Positions 47,317-56,738 of a DNA stretch of 64,000 nucleotides are shown here, one piece after another (the first letter of the stretch is position 1; each line of letters starts with the position of its first letter). Source of the DNA: Nocardioides sp. (lineage in GTDB: Bacteria; Actinomycetota; Actinomycetes; Propionibacteriales; Nocardioidaceae). The DNA lies in assembly GCA_035248385.1 (NCBI GenBank), contig DATFHM010000073.1, positions 16,653-80,652 of the forward strand. The letters run 5' to 3'. The notes under the pieces are model-generated. The model was given only the letters and a program-made list of their open reading frames with translations. It had not been told where the DNA came from and made no database searches. The position numbers and the translations under genes were made by a program.

Positions 47317-48887
47317 GTCGTCACCGTCTCGCGGACGGCTGCAAGGCCGGAGGCCGCACGGTCGTCGGCGATCAGCGTCGCGGCGTGCTCGGCGAGCATC
47401 ATCACGGTGATCATCGGGTTGAACGTGGTGAGCGTCGGGAACGCCGACGCGTCGACGACCCGGAGCCCGTCGACCCCGCGCACCCGGAGCCGGGAGTCGA
47501 GAACCGCGAGCGGGTCGTCGTCGGCGCCCATCCGACAGGTGCCCGCGGCGTGGCAGACGCTTCCGTGCGTGGCGTGCACCCTCTCGAAGAGCTCGTCGTC
47601 GGCTTGCAGTTCCGGACCCGGGAACACCTCCCGCACCACCCAGTCGGAGAGGGGCGGGGTCGCGGCGACCTGCCGCGCCATGCGGATGCCCTCGAGGATC
47701 GTGCGGCGGTCCTGCCCTTCGGCATCGCTGAAGTAGCGGAAGTCGACGATCGGCGGCTGGTCCGGATCTGCGGACGCCAGGCGGACGTGTCCGCGGCTGC
47801 GCGGCCGGGTGACGTTCGGCGTCATCGCGAGCGTGTGCTCCGGCAGCGGTGCGCCGTCACCCCGCGCGCCGCCGTACGTCTCGTCGGGTGCGAAGCGGAA
47901 CAGGTGCGCCATCACCTGCGGCGCGACCGCGTCGGCATCGAACCAGGCGACGAACGCGGCTGCGTCGAGCTCGGCCGGCCAGCCCCCGTCCGCCGGCCGA
48001 TCGAGCTCGAGGACGACCAGGCTCTCGACGTGGTCGACGAGGTTCTCGCCAACACCCGGCAGGTCGACCTCGGGGGCGATGCCGACGGAGGCCAGGTGGT
48101 CGGCGGGACCGATGCCGGACAGCAGCAGCAGCCGCGGCGTGTCGATCGCCCCGCAGGCGATCACGGTCTCGCGGCCCGCGCGGACCAGCAGCTCGCTGCC
48201 GTCCGCCCCCACAGCCCGTACGCCGACGGCCCGGCCGTCCTCCAGCTCGACCGCCGTCACGCGACGCTCGAGGAGGAGGTGCAGGTTGCTCCGGATGCCG
48301 AGGATGCCGTGCAGGTAGGCGATCGAGGACGACGAGCGGAGCCCCGTGTCGGGGTCGTAGCCCAGGTCGAGGTAGCCCGCGCCCTCCCTGATCTCCGCGG
48401 TCGGCCAGCTCTCGAGCGTCGGGATGGACAGCGCGGCGACCGCGGCCGCCAGGGCGTCCTCGAGGCAGGGGTTGCGCTGCTCGTCGGTCGGGCGCGTCCC
48501 GCGGACCGCCAGCTTCGTCCGGTAGGCGGCGAACTCGGCGTAGTCCCAGCCGGTGACACCGAGCTCGGCCCAGGCCTCGAGATCGGCGGGGATCGGCGGG
48601 AGGAGGCCCATGTTGTTGAGGCTCGACGTACCTCCGAGGATCCGACCTCGGGCCAGGCGATGGTCGGGGTTGCCGCCCGGCGACGGCACACAGGCATAGC
48701 TGAGGTCGTACTCGCTGCCCAGCATCTCGGGGTAACGACGCAGCTGGAGCGCCCGGTCCTCCCGCTCGTCGCTCGGGCCCCACTCCACGAGGGCGACCGA
48801 GACGTGGGGGTCCTCGGAGAGCCGAGCCGCGACGATCGCGCCGGCGGTGCCGCCGCCGACGATCACGTAGTCGTACAAGTCCTGCAT
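47313..48887 (-). CDS. GMC oxidoreductase (choline oxidase-like)
   Basis: GGGTAG, LGGTSSLN, GAIDTPRLLLLSGIG, H..GTCRMG, VVDAS, NP. Confidence 0.9.
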   Translation of the reverse strand: MQDLYDYVIVGGGTAGAIVAARLSEDPHVSVALVEWGPSDEREDRALQLRRYPEMLGSEYDLSYACVPSPGGNPDHRLARGRILGGTSSLNNMGLLPPIPADLEAWAELGVTGWDYAEFAAYRTKLAVRGTRPTDEQRNPCLEDALAAAVAALSIPTLESWPTAEIREGAGYLDLGYDPDTGLRSSSSIAYLHGILGIRSNLHLLLERRVTAVELEDGRAVGVRAVGADGSELLVRAGRETVIACGAIDTPRLLLLSGIGPADHLASVGIAPEVDLPGVGENLVDHVESLVVLELDRPADGGWPAELDAAAFVAWFDADAVAPQVMAHLFRFAPDETYGGARGDGAPLPEHTLAMTPNVTRPRSRGHVRLASADPDQPPIVDFRYFSDAEGQDRRTILEGIRMARQVAATPPLSDWVVREVFPGPELQADDELFERVHATHGSVCHAAGTCRMGADDDPLAVLDSRLRVRGVDGLRVVDASAFPTLTTFNPMITVMMLAEHAATLIADDRAASGLAAVRETVTT

Positions 48888-48900
48888 GAGAGCGGTCCTT

Positions 48901-49308
48901 TCAGCGCAGCTGGATGATGCCGAGCGAGTCCAGGACGCTGGCCTTGTCCCAGGTCGTCCAGTCCTCGACGACCTGCTCGCCCTCGAACCGGCTGATGGTC
49001 ATGCCGCGGGCCGTCACCTGCCGATGGGTCGGCAGGACGCCGAGGTAGGACTCGGTGTGGGTGCCCGTGGACTCCCACCGGAACGCCACCCGGTCGCCGT
49101 GCTCGACAGCGTCGAGGATCGTCATCGTCAGGTCCGGGAACGCCGTGTAGAGCTCCTCGATGACGGCGCGGTACTGGTCGCGGTCCAAGGTGGAGTCGCC
49201 GGAGTGGCGCACGTACGCGGGGCTGAAGATGGCATCGAAACCGGGGCCGAAGTCGTTCGGCCCGTGGACGTCGGCCCAGGCGCGGGTGACAAGCTCGGTG
49301 AGGGACAT
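48901..49308 (-). CDS. SnoaL-like ester cyclase / NTF2-fold protein
   Basis: AFPDL, GDRVAFRW..GTH...YLG..PT. Confidence 0.85.
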   Translation of the reverse strand: MSLTELVTRAWADVHGPNDFGPGFDAIFSPAYVRHSGDSTLDRDQYRAVIEELYTAFPDLTMTILDAVEHGDRVAFRWESTGTHTESYLGVLPTHRQVTARGMTISRFEGEQVVEDWTTWDKASVLDSLGIIQLR

Positions 49309-49319
49309 GGCGGGACCTT

Positions 49320-50189
49320 TCAGGTGTTGGCTGCGGGGTCGATCCCGAGCAGGCTGAAGGGCCGCTCGTAGAGGATCCCGTCGATGACGGAGTCGGGAAT
49401 GGGGGGCAGCCCGGGTAGCCGCTCGCCGAGCGCGACGAACTGGTCGCGGGCCTCGTCGGGCTGGAAGACAGGGAAGTCGGAGCCGAAGAGGATCTTGTCG
49501 GTGACGCGGTAGTCGATCGCGTTCATCAGCATCGTGTAGAGCTGCCAGGGCCGGTTCAGCCGCGCGGAGATGTCGGTGTACACGTTGCGGTGCCGAGCCA
49601 TCAGCGTCACGGTCTCGGTGGTCCACGGCTGGCCGCAGTGGCAGATGATGATCCGCATCCGCGGGAACGCGCCCGCGATCCGGTCGAGGAGCAGCGGGTT
49701 CGCGTTCTCGATGGAGCACCGCGGGTGGAACACCGAGCCCTGGTGGAACATCAGGAACATCTCCTGCTGATCGGCGAGCTCGTAGATCGCCCACGCCTCG
49801 GCGCTGTGCGGGTGGAAGTCCTGGTACGGCGGCGACAGCTTGAGTCCTTGGAGCCCGAGCTCGAGGCGCAGCCTCTTCAGCTCGTCCAGGGCGTCGGGGT
49901 CGTTGGGGTCCACGGAACCGACGCCGACCGCGCGCCCGGGGTGCCGGCGTACCTGCTCGGCGATGTAGTCGTTGGGGATGTCGAGCTCGAGGAACCGGCT
50001 GCAGAGACCGAGCACGATGAAGCCGTCGACGCCGGACCTCGCCATCGCCACGTCGTGGTCGTCGTGGCTGCCCATGCCGGACCAGCACCGATGCGACAGT
50101 TCCTGACCGGCCTCGTCCAGGCCCCGCCCGAACTCCCCGAGGTGCTCGGGGAGCCAGACGTGGGTGTGCCAGTCGATGAGCTCGCTCAC
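49320..50189 (-). CDS. Amidohydrolase family 2 protein
   Basis: IDWHTH, FHQG, CHCG, LFGSDFP. Confidence 0.88.
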   Translation of the reverse strand: MSELIDWHTHVWLPEHLGEFGRGLDEAGQELSHRCWSGMGSHDDHDVAMARSGVDGFIVLGLCSRFLELDIPNDYIAEQVRRHPGRAVGVGSVDPNDPDALDELKRLRLELGLQGLKLSPPYQDFHPHSAEAWAIYELADQQEMFLMFHQGSVFHPRCSIENANPLLLDRIAGAFPRMRIIICHCGQPWTTETVTLMARHRNVYTDISARLNRPWQLYTMLMNAIDYRVTDKILFGSDFPVFQPDEARDQFVALGERLPGLPPIPDSVIDGILYERPFSLLGIDPAANT

Positions 50190-51679
50190 GACAGCCACCG
50201 GGTGGTGACGACCTTGCGGCGCGTGAAGAAGTCGACGCCCGACTCGGCCTGGATCGGGATGTCCCCGCACAGCGAGGACTTCCAGCCGCTGAACGGGAAC
50301 ATGGAGGCGGGTGCTGCGACGCCGACGTTGACGCCGATCATGCCGACCTCGACCTCGGCGCGGAACTTGCGGACGGCGGCGCCCGACTCGGTGAAGATCG
50401 TGGTGCCGTTGCCGTACTCGCTGGCGTTGATGAGCGCGATCGCCTCGTCGATGTCGGCGACCTCGATCACGGCGAGGACCGGGCCGAACAGCTCCTCCCG
50501 GGCGATCGCCATGGTCGGCTCGACACCCTCGACGATCGTCGGTGCGAGGAAGTAGCCGGCGGCGTCGACCTGCGGGTCACGTCCGTCGACGGCGATCCTC
50601 GCGCCCTCCTGCTCGGCCCGCCCGACGGCGGCGGTGATGCGCTCCTTGGAGGTGGCCGAGATGACCGGGCCGAGGTCGGTGCCCGGTTCGGCGGCGGGGC
50701 CGAGCTTGAGCGCTCCGGCCTGGCGGACCACCTCGGGTCCGACGCGCCGCCACGCGTCGCCGACCGCGACGATCACCGAGCCCGCCATGCAGCGCTGGCC
50801 GGCGAAGCCGAAGCCGCTCTGCACGATCTGGGTCGCGGTGCCCTCGACGACGGCGTCTGGCATGACGACCATGTGGTTCTTGGCGCCGCCCAGGGCCTGC
50901 ACCCGCTTGCCGTGACCGGCCGCGCGGGCGTAGATCGCTCGCGCCGCCTGCGCCGAGCTGACCGACGACACCGCGGCGACGTCCGGGGCGTCGATGAGCA
51001 TGTTGACGACGTCGCGACCGCCGTTGACCAGGTTCCACACGCCCGGCGGCAGGCCGAGGCTGTCGATGATGTCGAAGAGCACCTGGTTCGCCAGCGGCGT
51101 CTGCTCGGAGGGCTTCCACACCAGGGTGTTGCCACACACCAGGGCGGTGCTCTGCTGCGCCACCGAGGAGAACATCGGGAAGTTGAACGGCGAGATCATG
51201 GCGCACACGCCGACGGGCTGGCGCACGGTCTCGGTGTCGACGGAGGTGGCGACCTGCTCGACGATGTGGCCCCGCAGCGTCATCGGGACGGAGAGCGCGT
51301 TGTCGAGAGCCGAGATCGATCGCAGCACCTCGGCGCGAGCATCGGCGGTCGCCTTGCCGGCGTCGCGCGCAATGGCATCGACGATGTCGTCGATGCGGCG
51401 CTCCACCTCCATCCGGTAGCGCAGGATGAACTCCGCCCGGGTCGTGGCGGGCGTGGCCCGCCAGCCGGGCAACGCCGCGGCGGCGGCCGCCACGGCGTCG
51501 TCCACCTCGGCCTGGGTCGAGTCGGGGACGACCGCGGTGACCCGGCCGCTGGAGGGGTCGATGACGTCGAAGAACGTCTCCGACGTCGATTCCCGCCAGG
51601 CTCCGCCGATGTAGTTGGCGACGACCTGGACTCCTTCGGGGGACGTGGGGGTGTCGATGGTGGTGGCGTTGGCAGTCAC
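50186..51679 (-). CDS. CoA-acylating (methyl)malonate-semialdehyde dehydrogenase-like
   Basis: PFNFP, KPSE, GGAKNH, AGQRCMA, ELFGPV, YGNG..IFT. Confidence 0.88.
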   Translation of the reverse strand: MTANATTIDTPTSPEGVQVVANYIGGAWRESTSETFFDVIDPSSGRVTAVVPDSTQAEVDDAVAAAAAALPGWRATPATTRAEFILRYRMEVERRIDDIVDAIARDAGKATADARAEVLRSISALDNALSVPMTLRGHIVEQVATSVDTETVRQPVGVCAMISPFNFPMFSSVAQQSTALVCGNTLVWKPSEQTPLANQVLFDIIDSLGLPPGVWNLVNGGRDVVNMLIDAPDVAAVSSVSSAQAARAIYARAAGHGKRVQALGGAKNHMVVMPDAVVEGTATQIVQSGFGFAGQRCMAGSVIVAVGDAWRRVGPEVVRQAGALKLGPAAEPGTDLGPVISATSKERITAAVGRAEQEGARIAVDGRDPQVDAAGYFLAPTIVEGVEPTMAIAREELFGPVLAVIEVADIDEAIALINASEYGNGTTIFTESGAAVRKFRAEVEVGMIGVNVGVAAPASMFPFSGWKSSLCGDIPIQAESGVDFFTRRKVVTTRWLS

Positions 51680-51723
51680 GAGGGCTCTCTTTCGGATTGG
51701 TCGGGCAGGGGTCGGCCGGGTGG

Positions 51724-53136
51724 TCAGCGGGCCGATGGGTGGTCGAACCAGGGCGACGGGTCGCGGCGGTAGTCCTCGAGGTCGCCGGGGATGCTCACCC
51801 CGGGCACCGGAGGGGTCCAGAGGGGCGCGAGGACCTCGTCGGGGTCGCCGTACCTGGCGGCGCACGCCCGCACCTGCGGGTCGTCGAACACCGTGAGCCG
51901 GCCTTCGTCGCAGGTCCGGAACGTCGTGCCGTCGGGCTTGGTCAGCTCGATGGTCGGGAAGAACTGGTGGACGTGGATGTGGCCGTACGGGAGACCGCGG
52001 TCGGCGGCCCAGGTCTCTTGGTCGGAGGGCCCGATCGTGCCGAAGCCGAAGTGCAGGGCGCCGGCGCGCCAGCGCTCCCACTCGGTGCCGCCGCTGGAGA
52101 TCATCCGCGGCTGGGACGGCCGTGCGACCTTGGGGTTGGTGCCGAGGGCCGCCTCCCAGAACCAGAGGATCCCCTTGTCGGGGAAGCCCGGGTACTGGAG
52201 GTCGCGGGTCTCCTCGATGAGCTCGCGCACACCCTCGCCGTACGCTCCCCCACCCTCGACCTGCTCGACACGACCGCGGCTCACCTGGAGCCGGATGCCG
52301 GGGTAGGGCTTGGAGAAGTGAGCGGTGCTGCCGGCGACCACACCCTCGGCGTCCGAGCTCGGCGAGATCGGCGGGACCGGGTGATACATGAGGTGGTTGT
52401 GGACCGGGTCCTTGGAGAACCCGAGGTCTGCGGGGTAGTCCCAGAACTCGGGAAGCAGCGTCCAGCTGATGTCGGTGCCCTCGGGATCGGTCACCCGGAC
52501 CCGCGCTCCCCTGCCCTGTTCCCACACCGGCGCCCATGACTTCTCGTTGATGAGAAGGTGCAGGTCGCGCGGGAAGACAACGGCCTCGCTGAGGAAGATC
52601 TCCTTGCTGGTCCAGGGGTGGCCCTCCCACCGCCACGGTCCGAACGTGGCGGCTCGACCCTGTACGAAGAGGTCGTAGCCGCCGTCGAGGTAGCGCTGGG
52701 TCGCCCACGGGATGTCGAAGTGCCGGCGCAGCTCGGCATCGGCGGCGAGCGTGATCGGTGCGCGCCGGATCGAGGAGCGCAGCTCGTCCTCCACCTCGAT
52801 GGGCCGGTCCGCGCCGGGGTCGACCACGATGAGGTCGACCTTCGCACCACGCTCGCGGAAAGCCTCGATGATCGCGTCCCGCACGTCCGCGTCGTCGAGA
52901 GCCGTCGTCGCGAGCAGCACGTGGTCGCCCGGCTTCGTGCTCCCGAACCCCATGAATCCGGGCGCGAGGCCCTTCATCGACATGCTCTGCTCGAGCGGGC
53001 CGATGTCGTCGGTGGAGTGACAGGGGTCGACGAGGTTGAACTCGGGCTGGTCCATCAACCAGCGCGCCCGCGCGAGGAGGCGCTCGGACAGGTCCTCGCC
53101 GTCGTCGGTCACCGGAGACGCGATCAGGTCGGTCAT
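51724..53136 (-). CDS. Hypothetical M29/NicX-fold metalloenzyme
   Basis: KPGDHVLL, VRVTDPEGTD, EGVVAG, WEAALGTNP, ALHFGFG, HIHVH. Confidence 0.6.
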   Translation of the reverse strand: MTDLIASPVTDDGEDLSERLLARARWLMDQPEFNLVDPCHSTDDIGPLEQSMSMKGLAPGFMGFGSTKPGDHVLLATTALDDADVRDAIIEAFRERGAKVDLIVVDPGADRPIEVEDELRSSIRRAPITLAADAELRRHFDIPWATQRYLDGGYDLFVQGRAATFGPWRWEGHPWTSKEIFLSEAVVFPRDLHLLINEKSWAPVWEQGRGARVRVTDPEGTDISWTLLPEFWDYPADLGFSKDPVHNHLMYHPVPPISPSSDAEGVVAGSTAHFSKPYPGIRLQVSRGRVEQVEGGGAYGEGVRELIEETRDLQYPGFPDKGILWFWEAALGTNPKVARPSQPRMISSGGTEWERWRAGALHFGFGTIGPSDQETWAADRGLPYGHIHVHQFFPTIELTKPDGTTFRTCDEGRLTVFDDPQVRACAARYGDPDEVLAPLWTPPVPGVSIPGDLEDYRRDPSPWFDHPSAR

Positions 53137-53666
53137 CGCGACTCCTCGAGGTCGAGGGTGGCCTCGGTGAGGCGGGCACCGTCGAAGAGCCCGGGCGCGA
53201 GGTAGACCAGCGGAGGCAGCTGAGCCGACGTCGCCTCGTGGACCTGGCCGGTGAAGATCGTGTGCGTCGAGGCGTCGATCTTCAGCCGGAGCTCCACCTC
53301 GAGCCACGCCGAGGCGCCGTCGAGCACCGGAGCGCCGTGCGGCCCAGGAGTCCAGTCCAGCCCGGCGAACTTGTCCACGCCCGACGTGGCGAACTGCTTC
53401 GCCACGCCGAGTTGGCGGTGCGACAGGATGTTGACGGCCGCCCACTCGGCGCCGTACAGGTGCGCGTGGGTGCGCGACGTCTTGGCGACGCAGAACAGCA
53501 CGACCGGCGGATCGAGGGAGACGCTCGAGAACGCGTTGACGGCGAGGCCGTGGGGCACCCCGTCGACGGCCGTCGTCACGACCATCACGCCGGTCGGGAA
53601 CTGGGCGTGCACCCGCCGGACGCGGTCGCTGAGCGTCGACGCGTCGTCCAGCTGCGTCGCGGTCAT
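53133..53666 (-). CDS. Flavin reductase (HpaC/RutF-like)
   Basis: FPTGV.VVT, SSVSLDPP, THTIFTG. Confidence 0.9.
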   Translation of the reverse strand: MTATQLDDASTLSDRVRRVHAQFPTGVMVVTTAVDGVPHGLAVNAFSSVSLDPPVVLFCVAKTSRTHAHLYGAEWAAVNILSHRQLGVAKQFATSGVDKFAGLDWTPGPHGAPVLDGASAWLEVELRLKIDASTHTIFTGQVHEATSAQLPPLVYLAPGLFDGARLTEATLDLEESR

Positions 53667-54061
53667 CGCGCACCTGCCGCTGGCTTCACGGCGACGGCGT
53701 CGATCTCGACCCGGCAGTCGACCGCCAGCCCGACGTACACCGTGACCCGGGTGGGGTAGTCGCCATCCCAGTGCTTCTTGTACTCCTCGGCGAACTCCGT
53801 GAAGTGGTTGCGGTCGGTGAGGTAGCAGGTGGTCTTGACGACGTCGGCGAGGGACAGGCCGATCGCCTGCAGCTTCTCGTCCATCCGCTCGAGGATGATG
53901 CGCGTCTCGTCCGCGACCGAGATCGCCTTGCTGTCCCGGCGCAGCTCGCCTCGCTCGAGGGCCATCGACGGGACGAAGACCAGGTTGTCGGTCTCGACGC
54001 CCTGCGAGAGGCCGTAGGGACGCAGGTCGGGCAGGCCGTCGACGTGGATGTTCTTGCGCAT
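53663..54061 (-). CDS. RidA/YjgF-family protein
   Basis: VVKTTCYL, YPTRVTV, RVEIDAVA. Confidence 0.85.
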   Translation of the reverse strand: MRKNIHVDGLPDLRPYGLSQGVETDNLVFVPSMALERGELRRDSKAISVADETRIILERMDEKLQAIGLSLADVVKTTCYLTDRNHFTEFAEEYKKHWDGDYPTRVTVYVGLAVDCRVEIDAVAVKPAAGAR

Positions 54062-54075
54062 GGTGGTTCTCCTTC

Positions 54076-55227
54076 TCAGAGGTTGGCGAACCGAGGGCGA
54101 ACCTCTCGGCCGAAGAGCTCGAGCGAGCGGATGCTCGCGTCGTGGCTGGTGCCCACGCCGTGGGTCCAGAGGATGAAGTGGTCGATGTTGTGCTGCTCGC
54201 GCAGACGCCGGATCTGCTGCTCGACGTCGTCGGGGGTGCCGACCAGCAGGTGGTCGCGGTCCCGGAGGAAGTCGAACCAGGCGATCTGGTCCTCGTCGAC
54301 GAGCTCCTCGTCGCGGTCCGCGAACGCCGCCTTGCCGCGGATGCCGCCGATGTAGCGGCCGATCATCTCCACGAGCGGCTCGATCTCGGTGCGTGCCTGG
54401 TCCTCGGACTCGGCGACGTAGAGCAGCCGGAGGAGGCCGACGCCCTCGCCGACCTCGGCGTCGGTGTCGCCGAGCCGGCGCCGCTCGTCGCGGTAGTGGA
54501 CGAGCAGGTCGTCGAGCCTCTTGCCGCACGGCTGCCAGGTCTGCGGCTTCAGGCCCAGCTCGGCCGCCAGGGTCATGCCCTCCGGGGTCTCGGTCGGGGT
54601 GAACAGCGGCGGGTGCGGCTCCTGCAGCGGTCGGGGTACGACGGCCATGCCGACCCACTCGCCGTCCTCGGACCGCCAGGCGGGGTTGCGCGGGTACCAC
54701 GACGCGGACAGGTCCCGGACACCTTGCGGCGGGAAGGAGAAGTGCTCCCCCTCCCAGGTGAAGGCGTCGGAGGTCCACGCGGTCTTGAGCAGCTGCACGC
54801 TCTCGCGGAACAGGCTCAGGCTCTTCTCGGCGTTGCTGCGGTCCGCCGCGGGGTTCAGGGTCATGATCTCGCGGGCGAGCAGGCCGCGGCCGAGCGCGAT
54901 GTCGAGGCGACCGTCGGCGATGTGGTCGAGGATCGCGACGTCCTCGGCGATGCGGAACGGGTGCCAGAGCGGCAGGCTGGCCGCACCGGCGCAGATCCGG
55001 ATCCGCGTCGTCGCCGCGGCGAGGGCCGACCCGAGCAGCAGCGGGTTCGGCGACACGTCGAAGCCCTCCGCGTCGAAGTGGTGCTCGCTGACCAGGATCG
55101 CGTCGAAGCCGGCGGCCTCGGCGGCGACCGCCTGGGCCCGGGCCTCGTCGAGCAGCTGGGCGTACGGCGTACTGAGCCCGTCCCGCCAGAGCTGGGTCAT
55201 GTAGTCGAACCGGACGGTCCCAGTCAT
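54076..55227 (-). CDS. LLM-class flavin-dependent monooxygenase (luciferase alpha-like)
   Basis: SEHHF, HPFRIAED.A.LD, GRL..A.GRG, PRPLQEPHPP. Confidence 0.9.
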   Translation of the reverse strand: MTGTVRFDYMTQLWRDGLSTPYAQLLDEARAQAVAAEAAGFDAILVSEHHFDAEGFDVSPNPLLLGSALAAATTRIRICAGAASLPLWHPFRIAEDVAILDHIADGRLDIALGRGLLAREIMTLNPAADRSNAEKSLSLFRESVQLLKTAWTSDAFTWEGEHFSFPPQGVRDLSASWYPRNPAWRSEDGEWVGMAVVPRPLQEPHPPLFTPTETPEGMTLAAELGLKPQTWQPCGKRLDDLLVHYRDERRRLGDTDAEVGEGVGLLRLLYVAESEDQARTEIEPLVEMIGRYIGGIRGKAAFADRDEELVDEDQIAWFDFLRDRDHLLVGTPDDVEQQIRRLREQHNIDHFILWTHGVGTSHDASIRSLELFGREVRPRFANL

Positions 55228-56738
55228 CACGATGTCCTTCCGTTGGTCGCAGCAGCGACGGTCTTGGTCTGCGTGTAGAGCTCGACGGCGGCCATCCCGG
55301 TCTCGCGGCCCCACCCGGACTGCTTGAAGCCACCGAACGGCAGGGCGGGATCGAAGAGGTTGTAGGTGTTGACCCACACCGTCCCGGCCTGCAGGTCGCG
55401 GGTGAGCCGCTGCGTCGCTGCGAGGTCGTTGGTCCAGACACCGGCCGCCAGTCCGTAGGCGCTGTCGTTGGCGAGCCGCACCACCTCGTCGAGGGTGTCG
55501 AAGGGGGTGACCGTCACGACCGGCCCGAAGACTTCCTCGCGGTTGATGGTCATGTGCGGCGAGGTGCCGGTCAGCACCGTGGGGGCGTAGAAGTAGCCGT
55601 CACCCTCTCCGGCGGTCCCGCCGCACGCGAGGATCGCGCCGTCGGCGAGCGCGCTGTCGACGTACCCGGCGACGCGGCCGCGTTGCACTGCCGAGACCAG
55701 CGGCCCGGCCGCCGTGCGGATGTCCAGCGGCGACCCGACCACGACCTGCTGCGCCGCGCTGGACAGCTTCTCGACGAACTCATCGAGAGCAGCACGCTGG
55801 ACGAACATCCGGGAGGGTGCGGTGCACGCCTGGCCGCTGAGCGTGAAGATGTTGTCGGCCGCGGCCGATGCGGCCTGGTCCAGGTCGGCGTCGCCGAGGA
55901 CGATGAACGGCGACTTCCCGCCGAGTTCGAGGGAGACGGGGGTCAGGTTGCTCGAAGCGGCCACGACGATCGCCCTGCCCGTGACGGTGGAGCCGGTGAA
56001 GGACACCTTGTTGATGCGGGGATCGCGCACCAGGGCGTCGCCGGCTTCGGCGCCGAGCCCGGAGACGACGTTGACGACGCCCGGCGGGATCCCGGCCTCG
56101 AGCAGCAGCTCGCCCAGGCGCAGCGCACTCAGGGGCGTCTGCTCGGCCGGCTTGAGGACCATCGTGTTCCCGGTCGCCAGACCGAGCGCCACCTTCTCCA
56201 CGGCCATGCTCAGCGGCAGGTTCCACGGCACGATCTGGGCGATCACGCCCAGCGGCTCCCGGATCACCTGCGCCTGGAAGGCGTCACCACGGTGGTTCGC
56301 GGGTACGACGGTCTGACCCGCGATCCGGGCGCTGATACCCGCGGCGTACTCCAGGGTGAGGACCGCGTCGGCGATCGAGGCGCGGCCGTAGCCGATCGGG
56401 ACCCCGCCGTCGATCGCATCGAGCTGCGCGAGCTCCTCGGCGTGCGTCTCGACCAACGAGGCGACCGCCAGGATGAGCCTGCTCCGCTCGGCGCTGGACA
56501 TCCAGCGCCACTCGCCGTCGTCGAAGGTCGCGCGCGCGGCGGCGACGGCGCGACCGACCAGCTCCGGTCCAGCGACGGAGACCGCACCGATCCGGCGGCC
56601 GGAGGCCGGGTCCTCCACGTCGAGCGTGCGGTCGCCGTCGACGGGCGCGCCACCGATGATCATCGGCCTGACGCGTGCCAACCAGTCGACCACCGCCGGC
56701 TCCAGGGCGACGACGCTCTCCTCCACCTGCTGGGTCAT
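55227..56738 (-). CDS. Aldehyde dehydrogenase
   Basis: PWNLP, KPAEQTP, FTGS, LELGGK, GQAC, EEVFGP, FGGFKQSG. Confidence 0.93.
   Translation of the reverse strand: MTQQVEESVVALEPAVVDWLARVRPMIIGGAPVDGDRTLDVEDPASGRRIGAVSVAGPELVGRAVAAARATFDDGEWRWMSSAERSRLILAVASLVETHAEELAQLDAIDGGVPIGYGRASIADAVLTLEYAAGISARIAGQTVVPANHRGDAFQAQVIREPLGVIAQIVPWNLPLSMAVEKVALGLATGNTMVLKPAEQTPLSALRLGELLLEAGIPPGVVNVVSGLGAEAGDALVRDPRINKVSFTGSTVTGRAIVVAASSNLTPVSLELGGKSPFIVLGDADLDQAASAAADNIFTLSGQACTAPSRMFVQRAALDEFVEKLSSAAQQVVVGSPLDIRTAAGPLVSAVQRGRVAGYVDSALADGAILACGGTAGEGDGYFYAPTVLTGTSPHMTINREEVFGPVVTVTPFDTLDEVVRLANDSAYGLAAGVWTNDLAATQRLTRDLQAGTVWVNTYNLFDPALPFGGFKQSGWGRETGMAAVELYTQTKTVAAATNGRTS

Noticed and set aside
50186-53179. 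997-aa dehydrogenase ORF as a fusion protein
   Set aside because: The upstream half is an off-frame overlap of the 51724-53136 gene; the ALDH begins near 51679.
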